Assembly: GCA_964531785.1 (NCBI GenBank)
Contig: CAZHFF010000001.1
Location: 84,338-148,337 of the forward strand
Length of the DNA: 64,000 nucleotides
Direction of reading: 5' to 3'
Origin: an uncultured Candidatus Saccharibacteria bacterium
GTDB taxonomy: Bacteria; Patescibacteriota; Minisyncoccia; Phycocordibacterales; UBA12088
Shown: positions 40,333 to 50,465 of the stretch, piece after piece
Layout of the letters: each line of letters opens with the position of its first letter
Numbering within the stretch: position 1 is the first letter of the stretch
Program-made: the position numbers and the translations under genes
Notes under the pieces: generated by a model
The model's database searches: none
Seen by the model: the letters and a program-made list of their open reading frames with translations, nothing else
What the model was told of the DNA's origin: nothing

Positions 40333-41622
40333 ATGGCACGTATCACAGAGCTGCGCGCGCGGCAAATACTAGATTCGCGAGGTAATCCGACCGTTGAAGC
40401 GGATGTTCTCCTTGACGATGGTACGATGGGCAGAGCGGCCATACCGTCGGGCGCATCGACCGGGTCGCTCGAGGCACATGAGCTCCGTGATGGTGATCCG
40501 AAAATGTTCGGGGGCAAGTCGGTCCGAGCGGTCGTTGCGAATATCGAGGGTGAGATCGCGGACGCGCTGCTCGGCGAAGATGCCGGCGAACAGTCTCGCA
40601 TCGATGCCCGCCTAGTCGAGCTTGACGGCACTGCGAACAAAGAGCGACTCGGCGCGAACGCGCTGCTCGCGGTCTCGCTCGCCATTGCGAAGGCGGAAGC
40701 GTTGTCTCGCGGGCAATTCCTCTTCGAGCACATCACCTCGCTCTCGCGCGTACGCCGCGCGCCCGTCCTCCCGGTCCCCCTTGCTAACCTCATCAATGGC
40801 GGTAAGCACGCCGCAGGTTCGACCGACTTCCAGGAGTTCATGGTGATGCCGATCGGAGCGCCCACGTTCTCAGAAGCGCTTCGGATGACGGGCGAGATCT
40901 TCCACGCGCTCCGATCGTTGCTTAATGAGGAAGGCTACGCGACCACCGTCGGTGACGAAGGCGGTTTTGCGCCAGCCGTGAAGGGTGGCAATCGAGAAGC
41001 ACTGGAACTCCTCATGCGTGCGGTCGCGAACGCGGGCTACACACCGGGGCGTGATACCATGTTCGCAATAGACGCTGCAGCCACCGAGTTCTATGATGGG
41101 GAGCAGTATACCCTTGCAAGCGAGGACCGCTCGCTCTCGCGGGACGAAATGGTGGACCTGTACGCTTCACTTTCGGGGGAGTTCCCGCTCGCGTCTATTG
41201 AGGACGGCCTTATGGAGAGCGATTGGGTAGGCTGGCACGAGCTGTACGAGCGACTCGGCGACCATGTTCAGTTGGTCGGTGACGACCTCTTGGTCACGAA
41301 CGTAGCACTGCTCACCCGGGCGATCGAGGACAAGAGTGCCAATGCCATCCTTGTCAAACCGAACCAGATCGGTACGCTCACCGAAACGATCGACGCGGTC
41401 GATACCGCTCACGAGGCGGGTTTTCGCGCCGTTATATCGCACCGCTCGGGTGAGACCGAAGATTCCACGATCTCACATCTTGCGGTCGGACTCGGCACAG
41501 GCCAGATCAAGTGCGGCAGCGTGTCGCGTGGCGAACGTACGGCGAAGTACAACGAGCTGCTGCGGATCGAAGAGCTCCTCGGAGAGCAGGCCCACTACGC
41601 CGGAGTGAACGCGCTCGCGTAG
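40333..41622 (+). CDS. eno: Enolase
   Basis: ILDSRGNPTVE, PSGASTG, NGGKHA, QEFM, GDEGGFAP, VGDDL, KPNQIGTLTET, SHRSGETED, RTAKYNELLRIEE. Confidence 0.98.
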   Translation: MARITELRARQILDSRGNPTVEADVLLDDGTMGRAAIPSGASTGSLEAHELRDGDPKMFGGKSVRAVVANIEGEIADALLGEDAGEQSRIDARLVELDGTANKERLGANALLAVSLAIAKAEALSRGQFLFEHITSLSRVRRAPVLPVPLANLINGGKHAAGSTDFQEFMVMPIGAPTFSEALRMTGEIFHALRSLLNEEGYATTVGDEGGFAPAVKGGNREALELLMRAVANAGYTPGRDTMFAIDAAATEFYDGEQYTLASEDRSLSRDEMVDLYASLSGEFPLASIEDGLMESDWVGWHELYERLGDHVQLVGDDLLVTNVALLTRAIEDKSANAILVKPNQIGTLTETIDAVDTAHEAGFRAVISHRSGETEDSTISHLAVGLGTGQIKCGSVSRGERTAKYNELLRIEELLGEQAHYAGVNALA

Positions 41623-41837
41623 TGAAGTGCACGGCCGCATACACCGTTCGGATGTTTGCCTGAACGGTGCTTTGTCACGCCCATGAACCGATTCGCCTGT
41701 ATTTGCGAAGCTTATTCGACCGCATGTTTTGCACTTAGGCAAACCTGTTTTGGGATAGGTAATGCACAGTACGAACGATAGGGGCTGGGGTACAATGACA
41801 AGCACCGACTCCCATTACATCATAACCATAGAACGAT

Positions 41838-44249
41838 ATGGCAAGTTCGTCGTCCCATACAGCAACAAAAAAGAAAGCGCATGCCCCCAAAGATGCGATC
41901 GAGGAGATATTCGAGCCTCGTGAAGATGTGGTCGAGCAGGGTGCGAGCAAAACTGACGGCGCTACTTACTATGCCAAGTTCGTTCCGGTGATACAGAAGC
42001 GCGACGGCTCGATCGTACCGTTCGATTTTTCGAAGATCGTGCGTGCGGTCAGTATGGGAATGACCGCAGCAGGCGAAGGTTCTCCTGAAGAAGCTGAAAT
42101 GGTGTCGCACCGAGTTGTGGCTGATGTTGTGCGCATCACGAAAAAGTACAAGAACTTCCTCCCGACCGTCGAGGGCATCCAGGACGAGGTCGAACGACAG
42201 CTCATCTACTCCGATTATGTAAAAACGGCCAAACACTATATCCTTTACCGTGAAGAGCGCACCCGATTGCGTAAGCACACCGTCGCGATCCCGGCACATG
42301 TCCGGCAACTTGCCGAGGAGAGTGCCAAGTATTTTGAGGGTAATCCGCTCGGCGAGTTCGTCTACCTCAGGACGTATGCGCGTTGGATCGATGCTGAGAG
42401 CAGGCGAGAGACCTGGATCGAGACCGTCGATAGGTATATGGCGTTCATGCGCGAGAACCTCGGGGACAAGCTTACTGAGGAGGAGTATGCCGAGGTGCGT
42501 GAGGCGATCCTGAAGCAGGAGGCGATGCCCTCGATGCGTCTCTTACAGTTTGCGGGCGGCCCGGCGCGTCGTTGCAATGCGACCGCATACAACTGTTCGT
42601 TCATAGCCCCGTCCACGCTGGAGGATTTCGGCGAGGTGCTCTACCTCTCGGCCTGTGGTTGTGGGGTCGGATTCTCTGCCGAGAGCAAGAACATCGAACA
42701 ACTGCCTCAGATCAAGGCACAGACCGGCATTATGCTGAAGACGCACGTGGTCGAGGATTCTAAAGAGGGCTGGGCGCGAGCCTTGGTTCACGGTCTTGAG
42801 ACGTGGTACGGCGGCAAGGACGTCCAGTTCGACTACAGCCAGGTCCGTCCCGCAGGGACACGTCTGAAGACCATGGGTGGCAAAGCTTCCGGGCCGGAGC
42901 CGCTCCGTTCACTTTTGGACTTCGCCCGCGCAAAGATCCTTTCGCGCCAGAACCGTCGCTTGCGCAACATCGATGCGCACGACATCCTATGTAAGATAGG
43001 CGAAGCTATCGTTTCAGGAGGAGTCCGGCGGAGCGCCATGATCTCGCTCTCCGACCTCGACGATGATGACATACGTCATGCAAAGGATGGGGCGTTCTAC
43101 AACACCGATCCGCACCGCATGCTCGCTAATAACAGCGCGGTCTATGAACAGAAACCGACGAGCGAAGAATTCATGGAGGAATGGATGGCGCTCATGAAGG
43201 GAAAGAGCGGAGAGCGGGGCATTTTCAATCGGGGCGGTCTCATGGCACAGCTTCCCAAGCGACGCCTCGATCAGTGGCGCAAGGAGGGTCTCATCGAGAA
43301 CGATCGGATCGTGGGGCCGGTCGGTACCAACCCCTGTGGCGAGATCATCCTCAAGTCAAAGCAGTTCTGTAATCTCTCCGAGGTGATAGCGCGAAGGAAC
43401 GATACGCTCGCTTCGCTCAAGCGAAAGATCCGTATCGCTGCTATCCTGGGCACCTACCAATCTTCGCTCACGAACTTCAACTACCTGTCAAAGACCTGGA
43501 AGGAAAACTGCGAGAGCGAGCGGCTGCTTGGCGTTTCAGTGACCGGACAGTGGGACTCGCCTGAATCGCGAAAGCCGGAGGTCTTGCGCGAGCTTCGGGA
43601 CGAGGCGATTGCGGTCAATCGGAAGTACGCAAAGCGATTCGGCATCAATCCCTCGACCGCGGTGACCGCGGTAAAGCCTTCCGGTACGGTGAGTCAGACC
43701 GTGAACTGTGCGTCCGGCATGCATCCGCGCCACAGCGAGTACTATATTCGGCGTATCCGTATCACCGCGACCGATGCGCTCTTCAAGATGCTCAAGGACC
43801 AGAACGTCCCGTTCCATCCGGAGATAGGCCAAACGATGGAGAATGCGAACACGTTCGTTATTGATTTTCCAGTGAAAAGTCCGAAGTCTTCCGTGTATAA
43901 CGATGACCTCTCGGCGATCGAACAGCTCGAGTACTGGAAGGTCGTCAAGGAGAACTACACCGAACATAACCCGTCAGTGACCATTACGATCGGTGACAAT
44001 GAGTGGGTCGGTGTTGCGAACTGGCTTTACGAGAACTGGGACATGATCGGCGGACTCTCGTTCTTGCCGCGCATGAACCACGCCTACCGTTTAGCCCCCT
44101 ATGAAACCATCACCAAAGAACAGTACGAGGAGCTCGCAAAACGGTTCGAGCATATCGATTACAGCAAGCTCGTGACCTATGAGTTCAAGGACGAGACCGA
44201 ACAAGCCAAGGAGCTCGCATGTGCTGGTGGCACTTGCGAGATAAACTAA
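41838..44249 (+). CDS. nrdJ: Class II (adenosylcobalamin-dependent) ribonucleoside-triphosphate reductase with N-terminal ATP cone
   Basis: IQKRDGSIVPFD.SKI ATP cone; YLRTYARW, PSMR, YNCSF, GGVRRSA, GTNPCGEI, VKPSGT, C-terminal ACAGGTCE. Confidence 0.93.
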   Translation: MASSSSHTATKKKAHAPKDAIEEIFEPREDVVEQGASKTDGATYYAKFVPVIQKRDGSIVPFDFSKIVRAVSMGMTAAGEGSPEEAEMVSHRVVADVVRITKKYKNFLPTVEGIQDEVERQLIYSDYVKTAKHYILYREERTRLRKHTVAIPAHVRQLAEESAKYFEGNPLGEFVYLRTYARWIDAESRRETWIETVDRYMAFMRENLGDKLTEEEYAEVREAILKQEAMPSMRLLQFAGGPARRCNATAYNCSFIAPSTLEDFGEVLYLSACGCGVGFSAESKNIEQLPQIKAQTGIMLKTHVVEDSKEGWARALVHGLETWYGGKDVQFDYSQVRPAGTRLKTMGGKASGPEPLRSLLDFARAKILSRQNRRLRNIDAHDILCKIGEAIVSGGVRRSAMISLSDLDDDDIRHAKDGAFYNTDPHRMLANNSAVYEQKPTSEEFMEEWMALMKGKSGERGIFNRGGLMAQLPKRRLDQWRKEGLIENDRIVGPVGTNPCGEIILKSKQFCNLSEVIARRNDTLASLKRKIRIAAILGTYQSSLTNFNYLSKTWKENCESERLLGVSVTGQWDSPESRKPEVLRELRDEAIAVNRKYAKRFGINPSTAVTAVKPSGTVSQTVNCASGMHPRHSEYYIRRIRITATDALFKMLKDQNVPFHPEIGQTMENANTFVIDFPVKSPKSSVYNDDLSAIEQLEYWKVVKENYTEHNPSVTITIGDNEWVGVANWLYENWDMIGGLSFLPRMNHAYRLAPYETITKEQYEELAKRFEHIDYSKLVTYEFKDETEQAKELACAGGTCEIN

Positions 44250-44252
44250 TTT

Positions 44253-44377
44253 CAGCTCGTCCAGAATTGGCGGATACCATTGTCGCCTGCGTTGTCGACC
44301 CCTTCACCGTATGCGTGTACGGCTGAGGGGTACGACTTCCTGGGCTTCTCGATCTTCATCCAATTCTGGACGAGCTG
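44253..44377. repeat. 125-bp foldback element with perfect 18-bp terminal inverted repeats
   Basis: CAGCTCGTCCAGAATTGG (44253-44270) and CCAATTCTGGACGAGCTG (44360-44377); internal hairpin at 44294-44336. Confidence 0.75.
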
Positions 44378-44429
44378 GTCGCTTCTGTAATTGCACGTCG
44401 GTGCAGGTGACCTTGTCGGCGTGACTAAG

Positions 44430-44705
44430 TTCAAAGGTCAAAACCAACGGCAATAGTACAGGTCAAAATGTAAAAGTGATCACGCAATAGGGCGATGTCT
44501 ACCCCACACCTTCCGGCAAGTAAGGATGGTCGTCGTAACGATAGGGGAAAAAGTAAGTTCAATTTAGACGACACCAGGAGAGCTGTGACAAAAATACGCT
44601 CTATGGTTATGCAGCTGTGCATAATGCAAAGAACCGCGGCCAACTTTTTGAGCTTCGATCAGGCCCTTTGATTTTGGCTCGCACTTTTGTCTTTTGACCT
44701 TTGAA
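44430..44705. repeat. AT-rich heptamer-periodic inverted-repeat element, longest copy
   Basis: Perfect 14-bp terminal IR TTCAAAGGTCAAAA / TTTTGACCTTTGAA with periodic arms and a ~165-bp spacer. Confidence 0.75.
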
Positions 44706-44762
44706 TTCAGTTCCCCATACCCGTACTTATTCCCCATACAAGTTTGCTGGTATACTTAACCC

Positions 44763-47021
44763 ATGTACCTCCGTTCACTCGAGCTCAACGGCTTTAAATC
44801 GTTCGGTAAGAAGAGTGCCCTCGAGTTCTCTGCACAGGTGACGGCGATCGTAGGACCGAACGGGAGCGGCAAGAGCAACTGCGCCGAAGGATTTCGGTTC
44901 GTGCTCGGTGAGCAATCGATGAAGAGCCTGCGCGGGAAACGCGGTGAAGACCTCATCTGGGGCGGGTCACAGCTCGTGCCGAGGAGCAATCGCGCGTCGG
45001 TCGTGCTCAGTTTTGACAACAGCCAGCGCCTGCTTGATATCGATTTCGACGAAGTGGTCATTGAGCGCGTGGTATATCGCGACGGCACGAACGAATACTC
45101 GATCAATGGCAGCAAGGTGCGCCTGAAGGACGTGACCGAGCTCCTGGCGGGCGCGAACATCGGCAGTTCGGGTCACCATATCATTTCACAAGGGGAAGCA
45201 GATCGCGTACTTGCGGCAAGTCCACGAGAGCGACGACACATGATCGAGGACGCGCTCGGTCTGCGCGTGTACCAGTACAAGAAAGAGGAAAGCAGGAAGA
45301 AGCTCGAACGAACCGAGGAGAACAAGTCCCAAGTCGAAGCGTTGCGCCGGGAGAACGCACCGCATCTGAAGTTCTTGGAACGCCAGATGCGTAAGCTCGA
45401 GAAAGCACGCGAGCTCCGCGAGGAGCTTCAGGAGGAGTACCAGCGATATCTCGCGATCGAAGATGGCTACCTCGCGGTTACCGCCGAGGAGCTGAGCGGC
45501 CTCCGGGCAGCGCCTGAACAAGAGCTGAAACACGCGCTAGCCCGGATAACGACACTCCGCTCGGAGCTCGAGCAGCAAAAGCAGGGCGATCGTGAGAGCG
45601 ACGCACTGCTTGGGCTCGAACGCAGGATAGGCGAGAAGCGCTCGGTGCTGGCCCAGGCAACGCGCGAGCTCGGCCGTATCGAGGGGCAGATCACGTTCGA
45701 GGAGCGCCGGCTTGCGGACGAGGCGCGTAAGATGCATGAAGAAGAGGGTAAGCCGATACCGTACCGGGATGCTAAGGATTTTTGGGAAGAACTGATACAG
45801 GTCCTTGCCGAGGGGCATGATAAGAACGGTGATATCGGGCCGGTGCACAAAGCGCTCAAGCGTGCCCAGGAGCTGGTACACCGCTTCGTGGAGCGGTTCA
45901 AGGCAGCACATGAAGCGTACGAGCCAGACCGACGACCGCTCGAAGCGCTCATTGCTGAGAAACGTACCGTCGAGAGCCACATGAGCGATGCGGAGCTCGC
46001 GATCGCCGATCTCACCAAGGAAGTGGCGGAGCTCAAGGCGACGATCGAGGCCGGGAAAGACCAGAACCGTGAACTTGAGCGCGAGCTGTTCACGCTCATG
46101 GCCCGGGAGAGTGCGCTCAGGAGCGACCTTGCCTCGGTCCGCCAGCGCGAGGAGGCGCTCCGAAGGGACCAAGAGGAGTTCAAGCGCGAGATCGCCGAGG
46201 GTATCGCGCTCGTTGGTCGTGCCATAACCGCGTATAAGGACCGTGTGGGGGATGCTGGCACAGTTGAGCTCAGTGAGGACCGGAGCGTTCAGCTCGACCG
46301 AAAGCGCGAGCTCGAACGATTGAAGATCAGGCTCGAAGAGATGGGTGGAGCTTCGGCAGACGAGATAACCAAAGAGTACGAAGAGGTCCAGGGCAGGGAC
46401 GCGTTCCTCGAGCGTGAGCTTGCTGATCTTGAGGCGTCCGCCGCGTCGCTTCGGTCGCTCATTGCCGACCTTGAAAAAGAGCTGGGCGACAAGTTCGCGG
46501 CCGGCGTTGCGCAGGTTTCGAGCCAGTTCAATGAGTTCTTTGCGCTCATGTTCGGAGGAGGCTCCGCAAAGTTGGTCGTCACCGAGCAGAGGAAGCGCAC
46601 GCTGGCCGAACAGCTCTTTGGTGAAGGGCAGGAGGCCGGGGAAGATGAGGATTCGGAGGCGATCGAGCATGGGCTCGAGGTTGAGGTCTCGCTGCCGAAG
46701 AAGCGGATACAGTCGCTCATGCAGCTCTCCGGAGGCGAACGAGCGCTTACCTCGATCGCGCTCATCTTTGCAATGAGCCAGGTCAATCCCCCACCGTTCC
46801 TGATCCTCGACGAGACCGATGCTGCCCTTGACGAAGCAAACTCGCGACGATACGGGGATATGATCGAGAACCTTTCGAGGAAGAGTCAGCTGATCCTCAT
46901 CACGCACAACCGTGAGACCATGAGTCGCGCAGGCATTCTGTACGGTATTACCATGGGTCTTGATGGCGTATCGAAGCTCCTATCCGTGAAGTTCGAAGAG
47001 GCCGTTACCAATGCGAAGTGA
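44763..47021 (+). CDS. smc: SMC-family ATPase, short form (752 aa)
   Basis: LNGFKSF, GPNGSGKSN, KSLRG, IISQGE, coiled coils, LSGGERAL, ILDETDAALDEAN, ITHNRETM. Confidence 0.88.
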   Translation: MYLRSLELNGFKSFGKKSALEFSAQVTAIVGPNGSGKSNCAEGFRFVLGEQSMKSLRGKRGEDLIWGGSQLVPRSNRASVVLSFDNSQRLLDIDFDEVVIERVVYRDGTNEYSINGSKVRLKDVTELLAGANIGSSGHHIISQGEADRVLAASPRERRHMIEDALGLRVYQYKKEESRKKLERTEENKSQVEALRRENAPHLKFLERQMRKLEKARELREELQEEYQRYLAIEDGYLAVTAEELSGLRAAPEQELKHALARITTLRSELEQQKQGDRESDALLGLERRIGEKRSVLAQATRELGRIEGQITFEERRLADEARKMHEEEGKPIPYRDAKDFWEELIQVLAEGHDKNGDIGPVHKALKRAQELVHRFVERFKAAHEAYEPDRRPLEALIAEKRTVESHMSDAELAIADLTKEVAELKATIEAGKDQNRELERELFTLMARESALRSDLASVRQREEALRRDQEEFKREIAEGIALVGRAITAYKDRVGDAGTVELSEDRSVQLDRKRELERLKIRLEEMGGASADEITKEYEEVQGRDAFLERELADLEASAASLRSLIADLEKELGDKFAAGVAQVSSQFNEFFALMFGGGSAKLVVTEQRKRTLAEQLFGEGQEAGEDEDSEAIEHGLEVEVSLPKKRIQSLMQLSGGERALTSIALIFAMSQVNPPPFLILDETDAALDEANSRRYGDMIENLSRKSQLILITHNRETMSRAGILYGITMGLDGVSKLLSVKFEEAVTNAK

Positions 47022-47082
47022 GTGGTGCCGTGCATGGGCATGAGGTGTGGTATACTACTCCAATTAAACAGCTTTACTGTAT

Positions 47083-47805
47083 ATGAAAACACCCTACTTA
47101 GTTCTTACGCTCGTTGTGGTCGTCATCGTTGCGTTCGGTATCATGCGCCTCATCGCTCCGCCAGGAGAGAACGATCCGTTACCCACCGTGAGTGACGCCG
47201 CGATCGAGGACGCACTTCGAACGATGGAGGAGGGGTATACTGGTATTGATCAAGAACAACAGAGCACTATGCAAGACAACAACACACAACAGAACGCCGA
47301 AACTGCGCCACAGGACGCGAGTAGCGACGCGACGGTCGTCCTGCGAACGAACAAAGGTGACATCGAGGTGCAGCTCTATCTGCGCGACCTTCCGGTGACC
47401 GCTGGCAACTTCTTGAAGCTGGCACAGGATAATTTCTATGACGGGGTCAAGTTCCACCGAGTGATCGACGGTTTTATGATACAAGGCGGTGACCCGCTCA
47501 CAAAGGACGATACACAGAAAGCGCGCTGGGGTACGGGCGGGCCCGGGTATGCGATACCGGACGAGTTCGGACCGAGGCATAGCAATGCGCGCGGCACACT
47601 GTCCATGGCGAACGCGGGGCCGAACACCGGCGGGAGCCAGTTCTTCGTGAACACGACCGATAATACGTTCCTCGACGGCAAGCATCCCGTATTTGGCAAG
47701 GTCATTTCCGGTATGGAGGTCGTCGATCTGATATCGAGCGTCGAAACGGGGCCAGGTGATGTTCCGGTCGAAGCGGTCGTCATTACCGATGTGGTCATCA
47801 AGTAA
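47083..47805 (+). CDS. Cyclophilin-type peptidyl-prolyl isomerase with N-terminal membrane anchor
   Basis: FYDGVKFHRVIDGFMIQGGDP, GTLSMANAGPNTGGSQFF, LDGKHPVFGKV. Confidence 0.95.
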   Translation: MKTPYLVLTLVVVVIVAFGIMRLIAPPGENDPLPTVSDAAIEDALRTMEEGYTGIDQEQQSTMQDNNTQQNAETAPQDASSDATVVLRTNKGDIEVQLYLRDLPVTAGNFLKLAQDNFYDGVKFHRVIDGFMIQGGDPLTKDDTQKARWGTGGPGYAIPDEFGPRHSNARGTLSMANAGPNTGGSQFFVNTTDNTFLDGKHPVFGKVISGMEVVDLISSVETGPGDVPVEAVVITDVVIK

Positions 47806-47810
47806 GGATC

Positions 47811-48101
47811 ATGGATTTCTTTCGTACACGTAAAGCAGGGGTGTCCGAGAACGAATGGCAGAATGCACGCAGCCGTGTGCGTGGGATATTCGGGTGGAGC
47901 GGGCCCGGAAAGAAAAAGGCTGATGACGTTGAACGATTGATCAAAGCGCACCTCGATCCGGAGCATGGTTCGAAGGATCATCGGGTGATGACGCGCGAAG
48001 AGCTCGACGAGGCGCTCCATGACCTCGAAAAGGACAAGCGGATCACGGTCAATGAAGCTCGAAAGATACGTAATGTGCTCGACCGCGACCTGCGCGATTA
48101 G
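47811..48101 (+). CDS. Small hypothetical protein
   Basis: AAGGA SD just after the upstream stop; 96-aa helical ORF followed by a hairpin. Confidence 0.65.
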   Translation: MDFFRTRKAGVSENEWQNARSRVRGIFGWSGPGKKKADDVERLIKAHLDPEHGSKDHRVMTREELDEALHDLEKDKRITVNEARKIRNVLDRDLRD

Positions 48102-48115
48102 TAGAGACAAGAAAC

Positions 48116-48138
48116 GCCCCCGGACAGTACCGGGGGCA
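48116..48138. terminator. Hairpin between convergent genes
   Basis: GCCCCCGG-acagta-CCGGGGGC. Confidence 0.55.
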
Positions 48139-48151
48139 ATGCAGGAGAGCC

Positions 48152-48397
48152 TTACTTTTTCTGCGACTTGTGCTTTTTCTTCAGAAGCTCATCCTGCTTC
48201 TGAAGCTCTTTGAACCTTGTTTCAGTTTTCCTGATCTGCGCGATCAGATGGTCGAAGCTGTTTGCGACATCAGACATCGCTTGTCTCAGTTCGATCAGCT
48301 GAGAGAGCAACAATGCCGCGTGTACGTGAAATATCAAGAGGTCCTGCAAGTTCGCCTCGAACTCGCGCGCGTTCTCGTCGGTATGTTTGTTGCCCAT
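48152..48397 (-). CDS. Small hypothetical coiled-coil protein
   Basis: ATG at 48397 (MGNKHTDEN...); helical sequence with a Lys-rich tail. Confidence 0.5.
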   Translation of the reverse strand: MGNKHTDENAREFEANLQDLLIFHVHAALLLSQLIELRQAMSDVANSFDHLIAQIRKTETRFKELQKQDELLKKKHKSQKK

Positions 48398-48450
48398 GGC
48401 AACCCCCGTGTGATAGACCTGAATGTACGGGGAAAATCGTACCACGTGCG

Positions 48451-50400
48451 CTAAATATTGACAAGCTCCCAATCGATGGTCTTCCGCTCGATGTCCACAC
48501 CTCTAAGCTTCATCCGCACCTTGCTGCCAAGGGAAAGTGTTCTTCCGGTCTGTTGACCTACCAGGCGGAAGCCGCGATCTTGGAGCTCATAGCGATCGTC
48601 TCGCATGGTACGGATGTGCGCAAGACCCTCGGCCATGGTCCCGACCTCCTCGATGAAAACGCCCCAGTCGTTCACGCCGGTGATCACACCCTCGAACTCC
48701 TCGCCAACATGGCTCGAGAGGTACTCGACCTGCTTGAGCTTGATCGAGTCCCGCTCGGCCTCCATAGCGGCTATCTCACGCTCCGTCGAGTCCGCGCACA
48801 GGCGCTCATAGTACGGGAAGTCCCGGGTCGTCGGTGGCTTGCCACGCAGGATATCCTTCAGGATGCGGTGCACCATGAGGTCGGGGTAGCGTCGTATGGG
48901 TGAGGTGAAGTGGGTGTAGAATTCGAACGCAAGGCCGAAATGTCCGATGTTCTTGGTCGAGTATATGGCCTTAGACATAGAACGTATGGTTGCGGTCTCG
49001 ATCATGTCTTGCTCTGGAGAACCTGCGATCTCGTCAAAGAGCTTATTGAGGCTGCCTGCGCGCACGAACCCGTCCTTGTGGGGCAGCTCATAGCCGAGCG
49101 CCTTGAGGAAAAGGGCCAATTCTTCGATGCGCTCTGGTTTCGGGCTGTCGTGCACGCGCCACACGAAGACGCAGGTGCTCGCGTCACGTTTGCTTCGCTC
49201 CCAGGCGTAGGTAGCAACTTCGCGGTTCGCGAGGAGCATGAGGTCCTCAATGAGCAGCATGGTGTCGAGCCGCTCTTTGCGGAACGCACGGATCGGCTTA
49301 CCGGCGGCATCCAGTTCGAACTTGATCTCATCGGTCTCGAACCCGATCGATCCGTTCGCAAAGCGGATCTTACGGAGCGCGCGGGCGATCATGTCCGCGG
49401 TCGTAAGCTCCGCGTAGAGGTCCCCGGTGCCTTTGCTGAGCACATCCTGCGCTTCCTGGTAGCTGAAGCGCCGAATGCTGCGTATGAGCGTTTCCCCGAA
49501 CCAGCGTTCATGCACGGTGCCGGAGCGATCCATCGTAAAGAGCGCAGAGAACGCCAACCGGTCCTCATTGGGGCGGAGCGAACAAAGGTCGTTCGATAGG
49601 ACCTCGGGGAGCATGGGTATCGTGCGGTCCACCAGGTAGATCGATGTGCCGCGCTTCTGTGCCTCCAGGTCGATGGGGTCACCTTTTGCAACGAACGCTG
49701 AGACGTCGGCGATATGCACGCCAACTTCAACGAGTCCATCAGGCAGGGTTCGAATGCTGATCGCGTCATCAAAATCCTTCGCGTCAGCAGGATCGATCGT
49801 GAACGTGGGTACGGTCCTCAGGTCGCGTCTTACCCCTTTTGGATCCGAGAGCAGGTCGGTTCGCTCGTTCTCGAGCCGGTGCGCGAGCGTCATCACCTCG
49901 GCGGGGAAGTTCCAGTCGAATCCTTGAGCTGCCACGACGCTGCGCAGCTCCGTTTCGTGTTCGCCCGCTTCGCCAAGCACTTCGACGATGCGCGCGAGCG
50001 GGTTCTTCTGCGGGCTGGTCCAGCGCGTGAGCTCGACGAGTGCTTTTTGTCCCGGTCTGCCCTTATGCATGTCGTCGCGTTCAATGATGAAATCAAGGTA
50101 GACGCGATGGTCATCCGGTTTGAGGAACAAGAAACCGCTCTCCTCTTCGAGCGTTCCAACGAAGCGGGTGCGCGCGCGCTCGAGGACCTCGAGTACCTCG
50201 CCTCGAATACGACCTTCACGTAGTTTGGGGCGCACGAGCACCCGCACCGAATCACGATCAAGGGCGGTGTTGAGGAGCTCTGGCGGCACCTCGATATCCT
50301 CGGTCTCCGATGCTACGTTGACATAGCCAAAACCGCGCGCGGTGACGCGCACTGTTCCAGTGACCTCGGCCCCTCCTCGTACCTTTCCCCTGTGTGCCAT
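48451..50400 (-). CDS. rnr: Ribonuclease R (RNB family), compact form without N-terminal HTH
   Basis: Cold-shock domains, FTIDPADAKDFDDAIS, HIADVS, RGTSIYL, HFGLA...YTHFTSPIRRYPDL, C-terminal S1 domain. Confidence 0.95.
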   Translation of the reverse strand: MAHRGKVRGGAEVTGTVRVTARGFGYVNVASETEDIEVPPELLNTALDRDSVRVLVRPKLREGRIRGEVLEVLERARTRFVGTLEEESGFLFLKPDDHRVYLDFIIERDDMHKGRPGQKALVELTRWTSPQKNPLARIVEVLGEAGEHETELRSVVAAQGFDWNFPAEVMTLAHRLENERTDLLSDPKGVRRDLRTVPTFTIDPADAKDFDDAISIRTLPDGLVEVGVHIADVSAFVAKGDPIDLEAQKRGTSIYLVDRTIPMLPEVLSNDLCSLRPNEDRLAFSALFTMDRSGTVHERWFGETLIRSIRRFSYQEAQDVLSKGTGDLYAELTTADMIARALRKIRFANGSIGFETDEIKFELDAAGKPIRAFRKERLDTMLLIEDLMLLANREVATYAWERSKRDASTCVFVWRVHDSPKPERIEELALFLKALGYELPHKDGFVRAGSLNKLFDEIAGSPEQDMIETATIRSMSKAIYSTKNIGHFGLAFEFYTHFTSPIRRYPDLMVHRILKDILRGKPPTTRDFPYYERLCADSTEREIAAMEAERDSIKLKQVEYLSSHVGEEFEGVITGVNDWGVFIEEVGTMAEGLAHIRTMRDDRYELQDRGFRLVGQQTGRTLSLGSKVRMKLRGVDIERKTIDWELVNI

Positions 50401-50430
50401 AACGTATGCTCAACACTATACCAGAAGTTC

Positions 50431-50459
50431 TTGACAATGTCACCGGACCGCGCTAAAGT
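50431..50459 (+). promoter_or_regulatory. Sigma70-type promoter with no downstream plus-strand CDS
   Basis: TTGACA (50431-50436), 17 nt, TAAAGT (50454-50459). Confidence 0.6.
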
Positions 50460-50465
50460 ATTTTC

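Noticed and set aside
41623-41837. NrdR boxes or a cobalamin riboswitch upstream of nrdJ
   Set aside because: I found no match to the NrdR consensus or to the B12-box by eye.
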